A stretch of DNA of 24,000 bases from SAR116 cluster bacterium AG-426-I14 (GTDB lineage: Bacteria > Pseudomonadota > Alphaproteobacteria > Puniceispirillales > Marisalimonadaceae), in contig QCNS01000026.1 in the NCBI GenBank assembly GCA_003210055.1, forward strand, positions 3,231 through 27,230, in the 5' to 3' direction. A program made the position numbers and the translations under genes. This document shows, one piece after another, positions 18,622 to 24,000 of the stretch (its first letter is position 1; the number at the start of each line of letters is the position of its first letter). Under the pieces are notes generated by a model that was not told the origin of the DNA, made no database searches, and was given only the letters and a program-made list of their open reading frames with translations.

Positions 18622-19471
18622 TAATTTTTGCTAGACCTCGAATTTTTACTAAAAGCACTTTTCTAGGATCTGCATCTAATATCTCAAACTCTAGGCCAGA
18701 CGCACTATCTCTAATCACTTCTCCAGCTACTGGGACTCTTCCAGCTAAGCTTATAATGAACCCTCCCAAAGTGTCTAATTCTTCATTAATTAATTCATGA
18801 AAATTAATTTTTAATTTTGACTCAAAATAATCTAAGGAAACTTTTGCTTCAACAATTACTACGTTATTACTTACCATTTCAAATCTTATTTCAGTAGATT
18901 CATCATGCTCATCTTCAATTTCACCCACGATTTCTTCTACAAGGTCCTCAATGGTTACCAAACCATCTATACCGCCATACTCATCAACTACTAAGGCCAT
19001 ATGTCTTTTCTTAATTCTCATTTCGTGAAGTAAGTCTAGTAAGCTAATTGATGGGGCAACAAAAATTGGTTCTTTTAGCAATGTTTTAACATCAGGTATT
19101 TCTTTTGAGTGCATTTTTGCTAAAACATCTTTAATATGTAATATGCCAGCAATTTCATCTATACTTTCTCCAACTACTGGAATTCTACTATGGTTTGCTT
19201 TAACTAACTGTTTTACTATATCATCAAAATTATCTGACAATGAAACTGACACTATATCTATTCTTGGAACCATTACATCTGATGCTCTGATTCCTCTTAA
19301 ACCAGCTAAATTCTTTAATAATTCATTTTCATGATCAAGGGTATTTCCAAATTTATTATTTGAATTAATTCTCTTTGTAACAAATTGTTCCAACTCACTA
19401 TCAATATGATTATCTTTTTTGAAAGAGTTTCCTCTATTTTTTACAAATATATTTTTAATTATTTCAATCAT
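18611..19471 (-). CDS. corC: CBS-pair plus CorC_HlyC domain protein (CorC/TlyC-type Mg/Co efflux-associated protein)
   Basis: Tandem CBS region ([11 protein letters not shown]...[22 protein letters not shown]; [34 protein letters not shown]). The C-terminal transporter-associated domain follows ([18 protein letters not shown]...[11 protein letters not shown]). Confidence 0.88.
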   Translation of the reverse strand: MIEIIKNIFVKNRGNSFKKDNHIDSELEQFVTKRINSNNKFGNTLDHENELLKNLAGLRGIRASDVMVPRIDIVSVSLSDNFDDIVKQLVKANHSRIPVVGESIDEIAGILHIKDVLAKMHSKEIPDVKTLLKEPIFVAPSISLLDLLHEMRIKKRHMALVVDEYGGIDGLVTIEDLVEEIVGEIEDEHDESTEIRFEMVSNNVVIVEAKVSLDYFESKLKINFHELINEELDTLGGFIISLAGRVPVAGEVIRDSASGLEFEILDADPRKVLLVKIRGLAKINVQ

Positions 19472-19476
19472 TTTTT

Positions 19477-20046
19477 TTAATAAGGATTGTCTATACCAAT
19501 TGAATTAAGTATAGATACTTCTAGATCTTCCATATTCTTTGCTGACTCATCATCATTATGATCATAACCCAATAAGTGTAAAAGTCCATGTAACAATATA
19601 TGATAAAAATGATTTTTGAAATTTTTATTTTCCTTTTTAGACTCTGATAAAACTTTTTCTAATGATATAACTATATCTCCAAAATGTAATAATTTTTCTA
19701 GTTTTCTATTCTTTCCAGATTTAGGATAATTTAAATCATTAGATGGAAAAGAAATTATATTAGTTGGTGATGTCTTTTTTCTAAAATTTTTGTTTATTTT
19801 TATTATATATTTGTTATCAGTGAGTAGTATTGATAAATATATTTCTGAATCATAACCGTTCTCTACTAATAATTTACTAATGTTGGTAATTATTTTTTCA
19901 AACTTTTCATTGTTTATTAAATTAACTAATGTTTCCCGAAATTCTACATATAGTAATTGTATATCAACAAATAATTTTCCTATTGATATAGAAGCAAATG
20001 AATTATTTTCTGAAAACTTGTAGTTTAAGTAATTATTTACTTTCAT
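19477..20046 (-). CDS. ybeY: Endoribonuclease YbeY (16S rRNA 3'-end maturation)
   Basis: The zinc-binding signature HILLHGLLHLLGYDH (H-x3-H-x5-H) lies near the C-terminus, with PTNIISFP upstream. At 189 aa it is somewhat long for the family. There is no alternative internal ATG start. Confidence 0.9.
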   Translation of the reverse strand: MKVNNYLNYKFSENNSFASISIGKLFVDIQLLYVEFRETLVNLINNEKFEKIITNISKLLVENGYDSEIYLSILLTDNKYIIKINKNFRKKTSPTNIISFPSNDLNYPKSGKNRKLEKLLHFGDIVISLEKVLSESKKENKNFKNHFYHILLHGLLHLLGYDHNDDESAKNMEDLEVSILNSIGIDNPY

Positions 20047-21016
20047 ATGCTTTAATTATTTCTGCTACCAAGTGGTGTCTTACAACATCTTTTTGTGAAA
20101 GTTCCACAATTTTTATTTGTTCTACATTCTTAAGTTTTTTTAACGCAATAGACAGTCCTGAAGAAATACCCTTTGGAATATCAATTTGACTTAAGTCCCC
20201 ATTGACAACCATTCTAGAACCCTGTCCAATTCTTGTAAGTATCATTTTCATTTGAACAGCAGTGGTATTTTGAGCTTCATCTATAATAATAAAGGCATTA
20301 TCAAAAGTTCTTCCTCTCATATAAGCCAAAGGTGCAATTTCAATTTGCCCATTTAAAATTTTTTTTTCAACCCTATCAAATGGCATCATCTGATACAATG
20401 CATCATAAATTGGTCTCAAATATGGATCTACTTTTTCTTTAAAATCTCCAGGCAAAAAACCAAGTTTTTCTCCTGCTTCTACTGCTGGTCTCGACAAAAT
20501 TATTTTATCTACAATTTCATTTTTTAATAACTCTATCCCCTTTGCTACTGCTAAGTAGGATTTACCAGTTCCAGCAGGTCCTAAACCAAAGACTAAATCA
20601 AAATTATTGAGAGCTTTTAAGTATTTTTCTTGTCCCAAACTTTTGGCAACAACCGATTTTTTCCATGTTTTTATGAGAGTAATTTTATCTTTATCTTGTG
20701 GAATGTTGTTTTTTTCTCTCATCATACGTAATTCTGACTCAAAAACAGAAAAATCAAATTTTGAAGTTTTGTTTTTATCATTTTTAAGTTTTTTATATAT
20801 ATTATTTAAGAGATTTTCGGCTAGATTTACAATATTTTCGTTACCAAAAATTCTAACTTTATTTCCAAACATATCTAAACGAACATTTAAAATATTTTGG
20901 AGTTTTAATAGGTTAATTGATTGCTCACCTAACATCAGATTTAAAATGTTGTTTGAGTCAAATTCAATAAAATGTTCTGTCAATCTGTTTAAAATTACTC
21001 CTTTGTTCTTTTCCAC
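20033..21016 (-). CDS. phoH: PhoH-like ATPase (YbeZ)
   Basis: Walker A GPAGTGKSYLAVA, Walker B FIIIDEAQN, then GDLSQIDIP and VVRHHLV. It lies in the conserved miaB-phoH-ybeY position. Confidence 0.93.
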   Translation of the reverse strand: MEKNKGVILNRLTEHFIEFDSNNILNLMLGEQSINLLKLQNILNVRLDMFGNKVRIFGNENIVNLAENLLNNIYKKLKNDKNKTSKFDFSVFESELRMMREKNNIPQDKDKITLIKTWKKSVVAKSLGQEKYLKALNNFDLVFGLGPAGTGKSYLAVAKGIELLKNEIVDKIILSRPAVEAGEKLGFLPGDFKEKVDPYLRPIYDALYQMMPFDRVEKKILNGQIEIAPLAYMRGRTFDNAFIIIDEAQNTTAVQMKMILTRIGQGSRMVVNGDLSQIDIPKGISSGLSIALKKLKNVEQIKIVELSQKDVVRHHLVAEIIKAYESK

Positions 21017-21019
21017 TTA

Positions 21020-22396
21020 CTAACCTAAACTTTCTAAAGAAAATTTTCCTTCTAAGCTGTTCTGAAAAGAACTGATTATTGTAACATCAATCATTTGTCC
21101 TATGATGTTTTTACATTTATTTAAATATTTTTGATTTGATTCTAATTTTTCGTCAATTATTACTGTTTGATTATATGGTGATTTACCAACATATTGATTT
21201 TTTTTATTTTTATGTAAAATTAAAATACTCATTTTTGAATTTAGAAACTTTTGATTAAAAACAAATTGATGTTTTTTTAATTCACTCTGCAATTCTTGAA
21301 GTCTTACATTCTTAATTTTTTCATCTACCTGTTTTTCATATGTAGCTGAGGGAGTTCCTGGTCTAACGGAATATTTAAAAGAATAAGAACTTTCAAACTT
21401 AACTTTTTTTATTAATTCAAGAGTTTCACTATGGTCTTGATCTGTTTCTCCCGGAAATCCAACAATAAAATCGCTTGATATAGCTATATCAGGTTTATAC
21501 TTTTTTACTTTATCTATTATTTTTAAATAATCATCCACAGTATGTTTTCTATTCATTTTTGCCAAAATATTATTTGATCCTGATTGAATTGGTAAATGTA
21601 GGTAAGGCATTAATTTTTTATTGTTCTGATGAGTTTCAATTAATTTTAAATCCATATCTAAAGGATGAGAAGTAGTATATCTAATAGATAAAATTTCATC
21701 ATATTTAGAAATTTCATCAATTAAGTTACCAAGAGTTATCAAAGAACCTCGATCATCTCTAGAAGTCCAAGCATTTACATTTTGTCCTAACAAAATAATC
21801 TCTCTTGTACCACGTTTTATAAGTTTTTTAACTTCCATCATTACAGATTCTATTGAACGAGAATATTCAGGTCCTCTTGTATATGGTACAACACAAAATG
21901 AACAAAATTTATCACATCCTTCTTGAATAGTTAAAAAGGATGAGATTTTTTTTTCTTTTACATCGTGCTCTAAAAAATCAAATTTTGGAATGGTAGGAAA
22001 ATCTATGTTAATTAATTTCTTTTTTTCTACTTTATTTACTTTCGAAATTAAACTTGGTAAATCCGTATATGATTGAGGACCAACCACAATATCTACCCAA
22101 GGCGATCTTTTCATAATCTCTTCACCTTGAGCTTGTGCAACACAACCTGCAACAGCAACGATTGGCTTTAGTTTTTTTTTATCACTTAATTGTATTGATT
22201 TTTTTATGCGACCCAAATCAGAAAAAGTTTTTTCTACTGCCTTATCTCTTATGTGACATGTATTTAACAAAATTAAATCGGCATCCTCTGACTTTTCAGT
22301 AATAGAATAACCAGAGGAGCTGAGCAAATTTGAAATTTGTTCAGAATCATAGAAATTCATCTGACAGCCATAAGTTTTAATAAATAATCTTTTCAT
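21020..22396 (-). CDS. miaB: tRNA-2-methylthio-N6-dimethylallyladenosine synthase (radical SAM methylthiotransferase)
   Basis: N-terminal UPF0004 domain (IKTYGCQMNFYDSE, NTCHIRDKA, AGCVAQ), radical-SAM cluster CDKFCSFCVVPYTRG, and a C-terminal TRAM-like region. Confidence 0.95.
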   Translation of the reverse strand: MKRLFIKTYGCQMNFYDSEQISNLLSSSGYSITEKSEDADLILLNTCHIRDKAVEKTFSDLGRIKKSIQLSDKKKLKPIVAVAGCVAQAQGEEIMKRSPWVDIVVGPQSYTDLPSLISKVNKVEKKKLINIDFPTIPKFDFLEHDVKEKKISSFLTIQEGCDKFCSFCVVPYTRGPEYSRSIESVMMEVKKLIKRGTREIILLGQNVNAWTSRDDRGSLITLGNLIDEISKYDEILSIRYTTSHPLDMDLKLIETHQNNKKLMPYLHLPIQSGSNNILAKMNRKHTVDDYLKIIDKVKKYKPDIAISSDFIVGFPGETDQDHSETLELIKKVKFESSYSFKYSVRPGTPSATYEKQVDEKIKNVRLQELQSELKKHQFVFNQKFLNSKMSILILHKNKKNQYVGKSPYNQTVIIDEKLESNQKYLNKCKNIIGQMIDVTIISSFQNSLEGKFSLESLG

Positions 22397-22417
22397 TCCT
22401 GAACTAAATTTAAAATA

Positions 22418-23209
22418 TTATCTGTTAATATTTTTTGAATATTGTTCATTGATAACATTTTGTAAAAATTTTGTCATACTTTTTCTGTCACAAAAGTCCT
22501 TAGAACTAATTGCCCTTAAAAAGTTAACTTTGACATTTATTGAAACAATCATCATAAGATTCTTTAGATGAGACTCTAATTCCATATCACCAAACCATGC
22601 AATTAATGGTTTAAAACATCTTGTAAGAGGCATACCATTTATTGTGTTGTAAGTAATAACAATAGGTTGAATAACATAATCTTTTTTTTCAACTGCAGAT
22701 AAAAGACTCGATTTAAATTTTAAAACTCTAATTCCATCGGAAGTAGTACCTTCAGGGAAAAGCACTATTTTTTCACCATTATAAATGTTTTTTTCTATAA
22801 TTTCTTTTTCAAATGAAATATTCCTTTTTAATCTTTCAATAAAAATTGTGTTGCCAATCTGGGCTAGTTTTCCTAAAACGATCCAACCTTTTACTTCTGA
22901 TTTAGCTACAAATCTTAATGGTAATATCGAACCTAAAACTGGTATATCAATGTAAGATATATGATTGGATACAAACAAGATCCCTTTAGGGTTTTCAAAT
23001 ATCTGCCCTTCTTTTTCAACATTTATATTAATCAACCATAAGACTAATTTGTGAAAAATTTGGACTATTTTCGCCGAGAAATTAGCATTTAAGAAATCCG
23101 ATAAATACTTAAAAAAAACTAAAAGTAAGACAATCACAACAAAAATTAAAAGTTTTGTATAAAAAACAATTTTATCTATATATGAAAAATTAAATATTCT
23201 TTCGGTCAA
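22418..23209 (-). CDS. PlsC-family lysolipid acyltransferase, likely the O-acyltransferase (OlsA-like) partner of the upstream OlsB-like gene
   Basis: N-terminal TM helix. Acyltransferase motifs: VSNHISYID (H-x4-D), FVAKSEV, FPEGTTSDG, IQPIVITY. It starts 11 nt downstream of an OlsB-like gene on the same strand. The OlsA assignment rests on context rather than on diagnostic residues. Confidence 0.75.
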   Translation of the reverse strand: MTERIFNFSYIDKIVFYTKLLIFVVIVLLLVFFKYLSDFLNANFSAKIVQIFHKLVLWLININVEKEGQIFENPKGILFVSNHISYIDIPVLGSILPLRFVAKSEVKGWIVLGKLAQIGNTIFIERLKRNISFEKEIIEKNIYNGEKIVLFPEGTTSDGIRVLKFKSSLLSAVEKKDYVIQPIVITYNTINGMPLTRCFKPLIAWFGDMELESHLKNLMMIVSINVKVNFLRAISSKDFCDRKSMTKFLQNVINEQYSKNINR

Positions 23210-23220
23210 TTTTAATTCTT

Positions 23221-24000
23221 TTAATGTAAAAACTTCTTTTTATATTTATGATTTATATTCTCTGTAAATACCAAAGCAAATAGATCAATGGTGTTAAAAT
23301 CATAATCTACAAAATACTCCTGACTAATCATTGCCCCAGCTCTTAAATATCCCTTAATTAAAGGAGGCAAATCATTTAAAACTACATTTCTTTTTAAATT
23401 TTTATCTTCATTAATGACAGTGCTTTTCTGTAAAGATTTAATTTCAATTTGTTTAGGTAATGAAAAATTTTCTCTTAAAAAAAAAATTTCTTCCTTTATA
23501 TCCCTAATATTTACTCCATGAAAACTTACACAACCAAATAATAATTTTATCTGATAAACATCAATATACTTTGCGATACCATACCACAATAACTTAAGGA
23601 TTAGCCCAGTTCTATAATTCGAGTTTACACAGGATCTTCCAAGCTCAAGAATATACTTACTTGAAAATATTTTTTTTATGTTAGTCAGATCAAATTCATT
23701 TTCACTATAATAGCCAAAATTTATTTTTGCTGTTGTACCTCTCAAGAGACGATAAGTTCCAATAATTTTATCAGATTTACTTTTATCTATAACTATCAAG
23801 TGATCAGCTATATTATCATGTAAATCAAAATCTCTTTTAAAAACCTTTTGTCTAAAACTTGGTTTTGCTCTTTTTTCTTTAAAGAAAACCTGATATCTAA
23901 GTGCTTGCACTTCTTTGATTTCTTTCATGGTTTCAGCAATTTTAATTTGGTAGCAATCTATATTTATTGAATTAAATTTTTTTCTTAATCTTACAGAAAC
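23221..24000 (-). CDS. OlsB-like GNAT-family N-acyltransferase (aminolipid / ornithine-lipid synthesis type); the 5' end probably lies beyond the window
   Basis: AQALRYQVFFKE..., YRLL, ELGRSCVNSNYR and LPPLIKGYLRAGA match the OlsB/'hemolysin-like' acetyltransferase family pattern. The frame stays open upstream of M at 23928 to the window edge (..VSVRLRKKFNSINIDCYQIKIAET-MKEIKEVQALRY). Family members usually have 20-40 residues before the LRY motif, so the true start is likely upstream of 24000. Confidence 0.75.
   Translation of the reverse strand, partial: VSVRLRKKFNSINIDCYQIKIAETMKEIKEVQALRYQVFFKEKRAKPSFRQKVFKRDFDLHDNIADHLIVIDKSKSDKIIGTYRLLRGTTAKINFGYYSENEFDLTNIKKIFSSKYILELGRSCVNSNYRTGLILKLLWYGIAKYIDVYQIKLLFGCVSFHGVNIRDIKEEIFFLRENFSLPKQIEIKSLQKSTVINEDKNLKRNVVLNDLPPLIKGYLRAGAMISQEYFVDYDFNTIDLFALVFTENINHKYKKKFLH

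Noticed and set aside
20607-21023. 138-aa ORF antisense to phoH, and the 63-aa ORF at 19998-20189 antisense to the phoH/ybeY junction
   Set aside because: Both have hydrophobic, low-complexity translations opposite well-supported genes, so they are shadow ORFs.
1-24000. A search for a novel defence or accessory system, mobile element, CRISPR array, tRNA/rRNA, or orphan operon
   Set aside because: Every ORF longer than about 120 aa on the coding strand has strong housekeeping motifs and sits in conserved alphaproteobacterial synteny. No direct or inverted long repeats, integrase or transposase signatures, or spacer-repeat periodicity are visible. Intergenic space is too small to hide RNA genes.

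Overview
This window is very AT-rich and almost entirely coding. It holds 23 protein genes and no rRNA, tRNA, CRISPR array, transposase, integrase or phage-like gene that I can see. Every large ORF is a recognisable housekeeping gene, and the order matches conserved alphaproteobacterial synteny. The plus-strand block is ubiB(3' part)-coaBC-dut-thiF/moeB-SH3-like protein-fabA-fabB-fabI. The first minus-strand block is olsB-like-plsC/olsA-like-miaB-phoH-ybeY-corC-lnt-metK-trmB. After one clear intrinsic terminator comes the second minus-strand block, nusA-infB-rbfA-truB-rpsO-pnp-enoyl-CoA hydratase. The AT bias, near-absent intergenic DNA and overlapping start/stop codons suggest a streamlined marine alphaproteobacterium of the SAR11/Pelagibacterales type; that assignment is inference only. 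I do not find a convincing novel multi-gene system such as a defence island, mobile element or orphan operon, so I treat this as ordinary core genome. The most unusual item is a roughly 75-codon N-terminal extension on CoaBC that reads like a Cro/YdaS-type helix-turn-helix. It sits 11 bp downstream of a perfect 16-bp A/T palindrome. Lesser observations are the absence of rimP upstream of nusA, a crotonase gene appended after pnp and convergent with fabI at a 2-bp gap, a predicted aminolipid (olsB/olsA-like) gene pair, and a (TA)n tract in the only plausible fabA promoter region. All antisense ORFs in the track look like shadow ORFs.
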